Positions 51,686 through 64,000 of a DNA stretch of 64,000 nucleotides are shown piece after piece. The stretch comes from the human T2T-CHM13v2.0 reference genome, Homo sapiens. Every line of letters starts with the position of its first letter. Position 1 is the stretch's first letter. The DNA is taken from the NCBI RefSeq assembly GCF_009914755.1, contig NC_060927.1. One strand, 5' to 3'. The notes beneath the pieces were generated by a model, which was given only the letters and a program-made list of their open reading frames with translations, was not told the origin of the DNA and did no database searches. The translations under genes were made by a program, and so were the position numbers.

Positions 51686-53352
51686 TAGTCACATGAAGTG
51701 TTCTGAAAGTAGAAAGTTATGTAAATGCATTTATTTCCACCTCCTCCCACTACTAAGAAATGTTACATTTTCTCTGGGTCCTATTTTTTTTCTTTGCTCT
51801 AATTACTACCATTCTGGGAAGCTGTTGGAACAGTGCAGTAGGGTTGGCTACAGTGGAAGAGCTTAGTCAAAGTGTTGAAGTCACCATGTTAAAAATACCT
51901 TACTTGATGAAGTTGCAGACCTGTGCTCTCTGATCACGTGACACACGTAGCACCATTATACCACGCTGTGATTTAACAACCCATGTCTGAGAGTCAGAAG
52001 CTCAGGGTTCTAGCTACAGCTTTGTCACTAAGCAGCTGTGTGACTGTGAAAAGGCCCCTTGACATTCCTGAGCCTTAGATTTTCATAACTAAAAAAAAAA
52101 AAAAAATTGGAAAAGACCATCTCCCGTTTCAAGTTCTCACAATATTTGACTTTAAAACTTTGTAACTTCCATTGTATTTTGATGATGAGTGTATCCTTCC
52201 AGAAGAGTTCTTTAGCATCCAGAACAGACAGATAGGCTTACCTGTTGTCTAAAATAAAGTTTCAATCCCCTTTTTTGTCCCTGCCAGTCTCTCTTTTCCA
52301 TTTTTCCCTCATCCTCTTTGTAAAACAAACGTGTTCTTTTCCTTAAAGCAACAGAACCTGAATTCTTCTGTTGGTTCTAAAGCAGAACTTAAAGTTTCTC
52401 TGGATCTTCTGTTTGTCACACGACTTCCCCAGTCACGTCTGAATGCCCAGGCCAGCCAGTGTCAATTTCAGTGTTGGTTCCAATGTTCCCAAATCTCCGC
52501 TCATAGAGCATTCTTCCTTCCTCTTTAGGTAAGCTTTCCTAGGTCTTAGGCAGGGATTTCTTAACTTTCTATGTGTTGCTTCACTGAACAAGGTAAAGTA
52601 TTCTGTTCTCCTACTCACATAGAATTCACAGAGTAAATATTTCTCAGAGATTTTCCTTCCTAATCACGCAGCATTTTTAAACACTTGGCATTGTGCTCCG
52701 TTCAAGTTGTCGAGCCCAGATTCAGGGAGAGCCCAGAGCTTTTGGTGTCAGAGTGAACAGGAGTGCTGGGTGAATGAGGCGGCCTGGCAGGGACACCATA
52801 GGCCTGTTGGACCCTAAGAATACTGACAAGGCTGAAGAGAAAGACACAGAGGCAGCCTGCTCTTGGCAAGCCCAGGCAGGGTTCCCTTTGATGTGAAGTC
52901 TTGCTTGATATTGCTTTGTGTGTCTGCATTTGTCCTTGGCAGGCGGAAGGCAGTTCCTTTCCAACAATGAGGTGCCCTTGTGTATTGCTGCCATCCACCA
53001 AAACAGTGATGCATGCAAGCAGCTCCCAGGGTGATGAGGTAGGCAGAGTGAGGTTGAGGCTGGTGAAGGGGGTGGGGAGGACACTCAAGGAGAACCCAAG
53101 TGCCAAGGTGAAGATGTTAGCAAAGAAGCTGTGACAGGCCTGAAACTCTGCACCAGGGCTCTCAAAACATTTCACTGATTTCACCTTGAAGTAGGAACAA
53201 TTTGAGAGGGATACAGAGTAATTAGGAGCAAAATGTTGAAAGTGATTTCTTTTGATTGAAATACAAAGAGGTTTAGAAATGCTGCCTGCAATTGCCTCAA
53301 GTTAGTCTGGGTCAAATACTAGCCTGTGAATGTTAATCATTACAGTTGGGTC

Positions 53353-53717
53353 TGTGGACATCATTAGTGCTGTTCTCTAAATATTTCCAGTTCCCCTTCC
53401 TCTCAAACACAAGGTAGATTGTATGTAATTCCTGGTCTCTTTGGTCAGAACCATGTGACTAGTTCTAGCCAATGAACAGAAGTGATGTGGGTCTCTTCCT
53501 GGCTGGAATATTGAATTATTGATGCAAGACGCTCCAGAACTCTTCCTCTCTGGAATGAGGGTCACTGGTATGGGGACTCTATTATGTCAAAGTCCTCCTG
53601 CCAACCCACATGGGAGAAGTAACATAAGCAAGAAATCAACATTTTTGGTTTAAAGCCACTGAGATTTGACTGTTGTTCATTATAGCAGCATAACCTAGAT
53701 TATTGTTAACTGCTGCA
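53353..53717 (+). mobile_element. MLT1I-like MaLR solo LTR
   Basis: 'ccatgtgactagttctagccaatga', 'taaagccactgagattt...gcagcataacctag'. Confidence 0.75.
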
Positions 53718-54328
53718 GGCCCCAAAGACTCCTTTCCTTATCCAATTGCTCTCACAGAGATTAGATAGTGAAATGATCCTTGACTTCTTTGAGAAAGTAC
53801 TCCTGCCTTATTTAAGCAAGGAGCTCTCACAGCCAGGGAATTTCTCCTAGGGAGTAGCACTGGAAGTCAACTGTCTATGGTTGATTCTCAAAACCTCAAG
53901 CTTTGGGAAGCCCAAGATGTTGTAGATAAGAGCCATAATAGGTCCCAAGAAAGAAGCCAGAAGATGCTCGTTGAGTCTTGCTTAGCCTAAAAGAAGCCAT
54001 GAGAGAAATTCACCAACAGACTGCGTTAAGTGTCTATTTGCATATATTTCTGGGGTCAGAGGTTGTAGTCCCTAAGCAGCTTTTAATGTAAGAGTGGAAA
54101 AAGTGAAAAAAGAAGAATATGGTTAGAGAAAACTCAGACTCTAAAGGACCTAGAAAGAATACTGGCTAAAAATCAGAAGAAACACAGTTTGTACTGAACA
54201 GAAAATAATTTGCAGCCCTGGTAAGGCACAGAAGAACGGACATTGATTGGCGCTTCCTGTGAGGAGCGTGAGAGCTGCAATTAATCCGGAAATGCTTCAG
54301 GGAGGTGTTGTTTTAAAGAACGACTTGA

Positions 54329-54751
<423 letters not shown>

Positions 54752-54780
54752 AGATCAAACTTCTATAATGACCATTTGTA

Positions 54781-55079
<299 letters not shown>

Positions 55080-55143
55080 AAGTTTGATCTGAGGGACTCA
55101 GTGGGGTGTTACATTTTCAGGTAAGTTGAGAAGAGAAAAGTCA

Positions 55144-55501
<358 letters not shown>

Positions 55502-55690
55502 AAAAGTAACTAATGTGAATAGAAGTAGTCCAGGCAAAATGCTTCAGGAAAGGGCAACAGGCCAAAGTGACAAAATATGATATCAGCAGAAGCATTAATA
55601 CCTGGAATGAGGGTGGCTTTGGGACCTGAGATGCCAAGAAAGAGAAAACTGCATGCTTCTGTATGAAGGAGGACTGGCTAGTTACAGTTA

Positions 55691-56418
55691 TGTGACTGAG
55701 AGTGCTAACTGTCCTCCAATACCCATTCGCACCTTCTTCTTCAGGAGGGAACCCCCAGTTTTCCCCTAAGTACATAGCTGCTCAGAATAAAGATTGCATT
55801 TCTCAGTTTTCTCTTCAAATAGGTATGACCACAGGGAACAAAGGGACATAACAAAATTTCACATGTGACTTCCTTAAAGAGAGGGACATATGTTCTTACT
55901 TTTCTTTCTCCCTTTCTCCTGGCCGGAATGTAGTATAAGAGAGTGAGCTAGAGCAGTCATCTTGGGCAATGAAGTGTAAGCGTGTGTCAAGAATAGCAGA
56001 ACTGTAAGAGAGAAAGGGCCTGGATTCCTGATGGTCTTAGAGCCACTATCCCTGGACTACTTACTCCTGAACTTTTTTATGTGAGAAACAAAGAATGAAA
56101 TGTTTACTTTAAAAAAAATTTTTTTTTTTGAGACAGGATCTTGTTTTGTTGCCCAGGCTGGAGTGCAGTGGCATGATCATGGCTCACTGCAGCCTCGGTC
56201 TCCCAGGCTCAGATGATCCTCCCACCTCAGCCTTCCCCAGTAGCTGGGACTACAGGCACATGCTACCATGTCTGGCTAATTTTTGTGGGGTTTGCTTGTT
56301 GGTTGTAGAGACAGGGTTTTGCAATGTTGCTCATTCTGGGAAATGTCTACTTAATTTAAGTTGCTTGTATGTTGAGTTTTCTATCTCTTACAGCTTAACC
56401 TCATCTTTACTGATTCAA
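55691..56418 (+). mobile_element. MLT1J-like MaLR solo LTR interrupted by an AluJ
   Basis: 'gcagtcatcttggg', 'gcctggattcctgatg', 'actttttatgtgagaaa', 3' end 'tttactgattca'. Confidence 0.7.
56119..56340 (-). mobile_element. 5'-truncated AluJ
   Basis: Right arm plus part of the left arm; flanked by aaatgtttactt and aaatgtctactt. Confidence 0.9.
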
Positions 56419-56502
56419 GAAGTTATCCCCACTAGTAAAATTACAGATGCTTTTTATTTCCTTCTTTATAATTTTCTGTATTTCCTAAGTTTTCTACAAT
56501 GA

Positions 56503-56512
56503 ATATATATAC

Positions 56513-56558
<46 letters not shown>
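56503..56558. repeat. (TA)n microsatellite
   Basis: Direct reading. Confidence 0.98.
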
Positions 56559-56562
<4 letters not shown>

Positions 56563-56779
56563 AAATTGGCAAAAAAACAACGGTTTCTTTTTTTAGGTAA
56601 GTAAGGGAGAGGCTGGAGGACAAGGCCTGAATTGACACAGACTGAAAGGCACTTTGATGCCCTTTGTAGTATAAAAGAGCTTTGGACTTGAAGTATTTTT
56701 CTTCAGTCCCACATTGACTTGCCTTTGAATGGCTTTCACCTTCTGCCATGCAAGTTTCCTCATCTTTTGTTCCTGTAAA

Positions 56780-57300
56780 GATTTGGTGCAGGAAATAGAA
56801 AAGGGTTTAGGTATCTCGAGTAGAAGGGAATTTAATACAGGGAATGGGGTGCTGCAAAATTGTTGGAAGAGCCGTAGAAATGCATGTGAAGAGGTCCTAT
56901 TAGACTTACAGATCATGCTGATGCTAGGTTATAAGGTTATAACCCTGAAGCTATGAACCAGAGGTCAGGAAATCATTGTCAACACGCATAGGTCAAGAAA
57001 CTGCTGCCAGTTTCACAGTTGCTTCACATTCATGAAGCTGGTCACTATAGGGTGATTGTGAAGTCTGTCCACTACAAAATGCATTTCTGCCAGGGCTTAC
57101 CACTGCCATAGAAATAAAAACGGGCTCCACCAGCATTTCACTTTCCAAATCTCATGGGAAGGATCTTATTTCCTGGACTTCACCTCAAACCCTGGCAGCA
57201 AGGGAGCCTGAGAAATGTAGTTGTTAGCCTTCCAGCCCCTATGACACAAGAGTGTGTAGAAGGGGGTAGATGTGAACAGTGAGTGCCAAAAGAGCATGTC
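56780..57300 (-). mobile_element. Old LTR relic (LTR78/79-like)
   Basis: 'agaagggaatttaatacagggaat', 'ggcagcaagggagcctgagaaatgtagt...ccttccagcc'. Confidence 0.45.
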
Positions 57301-57509
57301 TGGCTTATCTCTAAGCTGTCAGACATTCTCAATACCTTTTTTGATGGCTCTCCTGCTTATGTATTTTTCTATAGCCAATTAAAAACTATTGTTGTACAGT
57401 TATTATGTGCTAACACTGTGTTAGGCACTTCAGAATGTACAGAATGATAGCATGGTTTGGATCACCTGACACCTCATCCACTCAAAAAACTTATGTTTAA
57501 TGTCTATCA

Positions 57510-58070
57510 GGTACTCAGAAAACCATCAATAGCTCCTCGTTATCTATCAAACAAAGTCCAAGGGCCTTAATTTAAACCTAACAGACTCTCCATGTTTTCA
57601 TGACCTCAACTCATGTTTTAAACCTTATCTCTCATTTCTCTGCTTATTGAGCTCTTGTGGACCAGGAAAACTGGATGATTTTCTCTTCTTTATACATGAG
57701 CCTCTTTTCTGCCATCAGCACTTTAGTTACAATGTTTTTCCTCCCCAGAATGTCCTTCTTTCCATCTCCCTATGGTAAAGTGCTGCTGGCCCCTTAATGT
57801 CCAGCTCACATGTCACATCCACTGTGAAGCCTTTCCTGACGCAGGACAGCTGGAGATACTCCTTTCTTCCCAGAATCTTGGGAACTTGTTTTAATCTCCT
57901 GTGTGAGATTTAGAACGGTCTATCCTCAATTACGGTTTTTTGTTGTTTTTTTTTTGTATAAACATTATTTCTTCCAAAGTAGACCCTGGTCCACAGAGGA
58001 AAGGAAATTATTTCTTATTTATTTTTGATCCCCCACATAGTGCCATGGTGCTTATTGAATGAATAAATGT
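57510..58070 (+). mobile_element. L2 3' region
   Basis: 'tccagctcacatgtcacatccactgtgaagcctttcctgac', ends 'tattgaatgaataaatg'. Confidence 0.7.
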
Positions 58071-58875
58071 AAAACCAGAGGACAGGCTTTGCTCTCAAAT
58101 AATTTATAATCTAATAGCAAAAATATAAAAAGCACCAATCACTCTATGAATAGTATCTAAAATTCTTTGTCCAGAATTTCACACTTCCCAGATAACTGAC
58201 ATCCCAGTTCTTAATTCTTTAATTTTCTGTGAGAATAAATAAGCTTTTTTGTTATTGCCACATGTCAATCATCTTTCATTTCCTGTTATTCTTTCAATTA
58301 AGTGTAATTTGTGTCATGTAATTTTCCATTTGCTACTAAACCACCAATAAGATGAAAATGTCTCCTTATGTCTATAGCAATAAAAACAATTCTCAAAGTG
58401 TGTTTCTGTGTTTCTAATGTAAACCAACAATTAGTGCAAACGATGTAGCTTGAGTATAAATGATGAAGAACATATTCACAGATGTATTTAAAAATTTCAC
58501 ATAGGGAAACTCCATTCACCAACTCTCTTCATTTATTAACACCTCCAACTATAAAGGAAGTCATAAACCTTAGTTCTTTGTAACCAAGCAAATACCTTAA
58601 ACATAGAATTGGACATAAAAGCATTATAATTAAATTGTACCTTTTTCTTCCAAACATAGAATTACCCTTTATTAAAACAACAGTGTTTATAAATGTTCTG
58701 GTTTCCTTTCTCAGATATGTTTTCTATGTTCCTCCAGTTCAACTAGTACATAGCTTCTTCAAGGGAAGGCACATATGTTTCTTCCCTTGAGCTTGAGCTT
58801 TTAACCTCTAGTGTCTAGTCCATCACACCAAGTATTCTGGTCTTCAAGCAGTGAAAGTTTAAGTAATGCTTGATA

Positions 58876-58928
58876 TTAGGTTGGTGCAAAAGTAATTGCG
58901 TTTTTTGGCCCATATTTTGATGTCAAAT
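58876..58928 (+). mobile_element. MADE1 (Hsmar1 MITE), left TIR only
   Basis: TA followed by ttaggttggtgcaaaagtaattgcgtttttt, the Hsmar1 TIR; right TIR absent. Confidence 0.9.
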
Positions 58929-59799
58929 AATTAGTACTGAAAATAGAATGAAATAAGTTGTCATTGATTTCTTTGTTCAAAGTTGTCCCTCCAAATATTA
59001 CCTAAGCAACTACTATTCGCTGTTCAATAAAAGGATTTTTTTTCTAAATATTTCTAAATTTAGACCCAAGTCTGTTATGTAAAAGATAACATGATCAGGG
59101 GCTACAAAATGAGTAGGCTGATAGCCAGCAAACTACATAAATATGGGCTGTAAATACCATCATAGAGATAAAGACAAACTCTAAGGGAAGATAGTGGAAA
59201 GAATAATTACCTCTTCTTGGGGCTCACCTCCACCAGTCTAACCACCAGTGATCATTTGTCTAACAGGCACATGTCTTGGTTATGCTTCTGAATTTTTATA
59301 AGGAGTGCTTAACCCTACTCTCTCCCTGGTTGGTTGTCAAAGCCTATGTATCTGTCCTTATCAACAATGCAGGCTTTTGTGCTCCAGGTAAGATTGTGTT
59401 AGAGATTACAGCCTTTAACTCCCTGTGGTCCCATTCTTATTCAATGTCCAGCTGTGAGAAATAATATTTATGGAAAGTGGTTCAAGGGCATTGCTGTTCA
59501 TACATGACTCTAGATAAGCTAAATGTTACTGTTGGATTAAACTAGATCATAACAAGGCTTTGTACTTGAATACGTTGTTTTGATTTCCCGTAGACCTGCC
59601 TTCTCCCAATTTGTGCCTTGGTCTAAGCCATCAGCCTACAGAGAGAACCATGAAACTCCATGATACATGATAGAACTCACTGCTATATTTACTGTATAGA
59701 TTGACATTAGGGTATGGTCTGATGTATCACACAGTATCTTCATTTGATGACACCCAGGAATGAGGTTGCTCAATATCAGGAAAAACTGTTCATATCCTT

Positions 59800-60275
59800 T
59801 GTAAAAGATACTAACCTAATGCCATCCCCAAGACCCTCCTTTGCCCTCCTTGCTCTAAAAAGGCCAAAATGGCAGACACTAATTTAGCAGTCTCTCTTGT
59901 AGACAGGGTGTTCATATGATCCAGTTCTGGCCATGAAACATAAAAGGAAGTCTACAAGGGGGCTTTTAAGGTGGCAATTGCTTCCTGATGAAAGCTACAG
60001 ATGGAGAAGAGCTCTCTAGTCTTCTCCCTGCCTTGTTCATGGATATGATGCCACAAGTTAGCAGTTCACTTGAGACAATGAAGTTACAAGTATGACGGAA
60101 ACCAACATCCTAAGGATAGCAGAGATGACAGATAGAAAAAACCCACATCATTGATAATATGACTGAATTATCTCTGGGCTTCTTGCTATGTTAGAAAAAA
60201 ATCCTAACAATGCCCGTAAGCCACTCCTAGTTAGGTGTTCTGTTACTTGCAACCTAATGTATCCTAACCAATAAT
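59800..60275 (+). mobile_element. MLT1K/L-like MaLR solo LTR
   Basis: 'tgatccagttctggccatga', 'ctaaggatagcagag', 'taagccact...ttctgttacttgcaacc'. Confidence 0.7.
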
Positions 60276-60749
60276 CTAACAACCAGATTAGTTTTTATTT
60301 TATGGATTGTTATTAGTCTTGCAATTAAGCCTACTTCATCTTAACTTTAGCCACCAGGAAGTTACAAAATTGTACCCTATGTCTACCATGACACTATAAG
60401 TTCTGCTAGTTCAACTTCCTCAATCCTAAACATGGGTTGATGTTTATTTTCCTAAAATATTTATTTTGTTTTTTTGTATTATATGTACTTTTATATGTCA
60501 AAATTTTTCTAGAGGATGGCAAGGTGTAAATAAACTTATAAACAAACCCCCCAAAATTTAACTCCACTGGAGGATTGAGAAAGTAGTTGGTTTATTAAAG
60601 TTTCACAGGAGGATGACATCTGGGTCCCACTCTTTAGTCCAATTCACGAATTCAAACCATTCCTAAGGTTTTAACTGAAGTGAATTTGTATGTAGTTTAA
60701 ACAGTGGCCTATTAAAAATTATGCATCTATTAAATTCAGCACTTACTAT

Positions 60750-60919
60750 AGGATCTTAAACTAGGGGGCCCACAATTGAACTTGAGGAAATCTATAAACT
60801 CCATGACATAAGCAAAATTTTTATTTTACACACAAATGTGTAGTTTCCTGGGTGAAGCTCTGAGGCTTTCATCAGATTCACAAAGAAGTCTATTATCCCA
60901 AAAAAGTTATGACCTACTG
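60750..60919 (+). mobile_element. Charlie4z-like hAT MITE
   Basis: 'gctttcatcagattcacaaag...cccaaaaaagttatgacctactg'. Confidence 0.6.
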
Positions 60920-63172
60920 GGCTAAGTTACATTTGCCTTTTTTGAGTCCCTGTCTCCCAAATCACCATTTTATTCATCTGGGTTTTTGCTTTCTGTCAAG
61001 ACCCTAAGGTCTATCAGAAGGCTGATGCCTGCATCATTCTGAGAGTGCACATTCAATAAATGTTAGTTGACTTGTATTGATATTTAATTATTTACAGTGC
61101 TTTTGGTGTCTTTTGGAATAGCAGTGTCTGGTTGATCATTCTAAAGGCTCTGAATCCTCAGTTGCATCCCAGTGGGCTTAGTGTGTTGTAAACACACAAA
61201 TCAAAGTAGTGTGAGGGAGGAGAAAAATCATTCCTTTCTAGGATAATGCATTTTTCATGAGAAACAGGTCATTACAGAACCAACCATTGCACCCATGCGT
61301 GCTCTCATTCTACCTCTTCATCTCTTCTCTCTTTTCGTATTATCTCACCTCCTCCCCCTTCCCTCACTGTGTTCCCCTTCCACTTTATTATCCTGTATTT
61401 GATTATTTTACCATCTCCTTCTTTAGTATATTTTAATGACTTCTACATAATATACGTCTTTGAACTACTTTCCTGTGTCTTTGAACTACCTGACTCTCTG
61501 TTCCCTTTTTCCTTATGTGGCACCTGTCTCTTCTTCAGCTGCTGTACATGATACTTTCATGCTCCAAATTGATCCATTGCATATTTTCACAAATTTCAAA
61601 TTCCTGACACATAAAAAGACAATATTCATACCCTGTTTTACCATGATATTTTGGTTCTCCCTGAAGATTTAATTTTATTGCAATTTTAATCTTTTTCCTA
61701 TTCCCTTTCACATCTGAATATAGACCCAATAATTCACTTGTACCAATTTTCTAGTTATGCGAATTCTGTGGAAATTTCCACCCAGTTGATACATGTGAAG
61801 TGATCAATTCATCACATTTCATAGTTCAACTTTCTCTTCCCTGGTTAAAATTAAAAGTGGGTTTAAGTAAGCCAGAGATTTTTGAAGAAGATTTCTGTCA
61901 TGAGAGGGATGACTCTATGGGGAAAAAGTCTTGGTGAAAATTTCACATGTCTGTTGAGAGTTGAGGTTTTTTGTTTTTTTTTTAATAGCAGCTAAGTTAC
62001 AATTTTTACCAACATTTTATTACACGCAGAGAGTAAACATCTGGAAATCATCCTGGGTAATCAGTGTGAATTTTTGTGGTGAAATAGAGGCTTATATTAT
62101 ATGCTAGAGTTTAGTGATTATAGTCTTAATGATCTGTACATTATTCATAAAATGCTTTGTTTTAAATCTGTCTTTAAAAAATAATTAGAATTCAAGTTAT
62201 TTGCGAAACAGGAATCCTGCCACTTTATTTTTTACTTTACATACATCTCCCTGGGACAGTCTGGTTGTTGGAGAAGGGAGTTTAGTATTGGTTTGTTTTT
62301 GGTGTGTTTGCTTTTCTTCTTTAACTCGTTATTTATGAAATTTAAGAAGCAGTACGGATCCTAAGTCAGGCAAGTAAGCTAGAAAACAATCAAACTCGAA
62401 AATTACCCAGGCATGAAATCCCCTTGAACTAAGGAATGCTTTCAACGTTAAGTTCTCCATAAGCTTGAACTATAAATGATAACATTTCAAAAATACTTTT
62501 TAAAGGAAGATTCATATTAGGAAACTTGATCATCTAAAATTAGACAAACCTATCTTCTCTTACTATCCTAAAATAATAGCCTACACCCTTACCCAATATG
62601 ATCTAAAAATAACAGATTGTATATCACCCCTAAAGTAACTTGGCTTGGGCCCAAGAACTAATACATACATGACACTCAGAATTGCATCCAAAAAAAGAAA
62701 TGGCATTTTATTTCTTGTGAGTTCTCACAGCACAGTAAGCCTCCATGGCACTATAATCCTAATTAATGTTCATCTTCTTCACTGTGTTCAAGTGTGAAAA
62801 ATGCAAAGCAGCAACACTCTTCACCGGAAATCAGGCTCCCAAGAGCCTGCAGTTTCAGAAGGTGGGTCTCAAACTCGATTTTAAGTCTTCCACTCTAATA
62901 GGGATTATGTGTCTTCATTCTGAAAGCTGATAACCTGAGGAATTAAAGAGCTGACATGGGAAAGGAAAACCAATGCAAGGAAAATGCTAGTTTTTATGTT
63001 ATTTTATTTTTTCACTTAATATGAAGGAGTCATATGGATATAGGCCAAATAATGCTAGAAGTAGAAGAATACTAGGAATTACAACAGTAAAGAGTGGGGT
63101 GAAGGCAAGGAGGAGATGAAGATGGAGAGAATAACAAAAAGAGAAAAACAGCAGCTCAAAGGGGAAAGGCAA

Positions 63173-63414
63173 CAGGGCTGCATCCTGACTTTTGTGGGCT
63201 TCTTCCTCCACAAAAAAATATTAAATTTCTATTTTACTACTGCATTGGAATGAAGATCAATACACTTATATTATGTATAAAAATATTTTCTTCAACCTGA
63301 AAGTTCATCTTTTTCTTCTGATTTTGAAAGAAATAAAAACATTTTTGTGTGCTCCTAAAAGTTCTGTGGGCCTAAGCACTGGGCCCACTGTGTCTAATGG
63401 TTAAGTCATCCCTG
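63173..63414 (-). mobile_element. ORSL-like hAT-Tip100 element
   Basis: Termini cagggctg...tcatccctg; internal 'aaaacatttttgtgtgctcctaaaagttctgtgggcctaagcactg...tctaatgg'. Confidence 0.7.
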
Positions 63415-64000
63415 GCAGATAGAAAGAGAGGGAGGGAGGAGGAATGTTCTGCTTGGAAATGACGGGCGAATTAAAGCAAGCAAAAGAAAAATTAAATAAG
63501 CACATAGGTGGAAGTGTATTTTCATCATTAGATATAAATTATATATTAAATTATTTATAATCATGCCAGGTAACCTTTATTGAATACTATGTGCTAAGCA
63601 CATTACATTATCTCACTCATTCCACACAATAACCTTGAAATTAAGCAGAAGATGTACCTTGATGTTTTAGGGCCTCTTGGGTCATAGGCTAGAATTCAGA
63701 ATTGAATGCAATCACAAACGTAAGGTGCACAGAACTCCGTTCTCAACCTACTTTTCCCAGGCAGTCTCTGTAACATCCCTGGCTTTAGCAGTCACCCATT
63801 GGCTGGTGACTACTAAATATATAGCTCCAGCTGTTTCTGTTAGGATATTTTCAATTGTCAATAACAAGACCCTTATCCAAATGATACAGGTGGCCAGTAA
63901 GCCATCAAGGCTAACCCCAGTATCCTCGGAATCACCCTATTTCACCTGCTCATCACTCCTTACTTGAATTATTGCAATACCATCCTACAAGACCTCCTTA

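Noticed and set aside
52702-53184. 160-aa minus-strand ORF (also 32313-32804, 12514-12954, 8181-8612)
   Set aside because: No recognisable domain or exon structure; length compatible with chance in six frames of 64 kb

Overview
This window is human or close-primate nuclear DNA, not prokaryotic. It is CpG-depleted, largely non-coding and dense in eutherian and primate repeats: about 15 Alus (J, S and Y), L1MA/L1MB/L1MC/L1ME relics, MIR and L2, MaLR and ERVL LTRs, an LTR16/ERV-L provirus relic, and hAT/Tc-Mar DNA transposon fossils. No protein-coding exon, rRNA, tRNA or CRISPR array is supported; the long ORFs come from microsatellites or repeats. Non-repeat signals are a CpG-rich element at about 18.3-18.7 kb beside a 720-bp (GT)/(GA) compound minisatellite, a plausible spliced and polyadenylated lncRNA 3' end at 35.9-37.4 kb, and a 3'-truncated U2 snRNA retropseudogene. 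The most striking structure is a head-to-head Alu pair at 54.4-55.1 kb whose inner target-site duplications (TSDs) are swapped and reverse-complemented, the signature of an Alu-Alu recombination-mediated micro-inversion. Two junctions built from chained hairpins resemble templated-insertion repair scars. From memory of locus layout only (unverified), the window may be human 3q25.31 between LEKR1 and CCNL1 (LINC02029/LINC00881/LINC00880); BLAT would settle this. Repeat subfamily names come from recalled consensus sequences, and boundaries of old elements are approximate. I see no evidence for a wholly new biological system.
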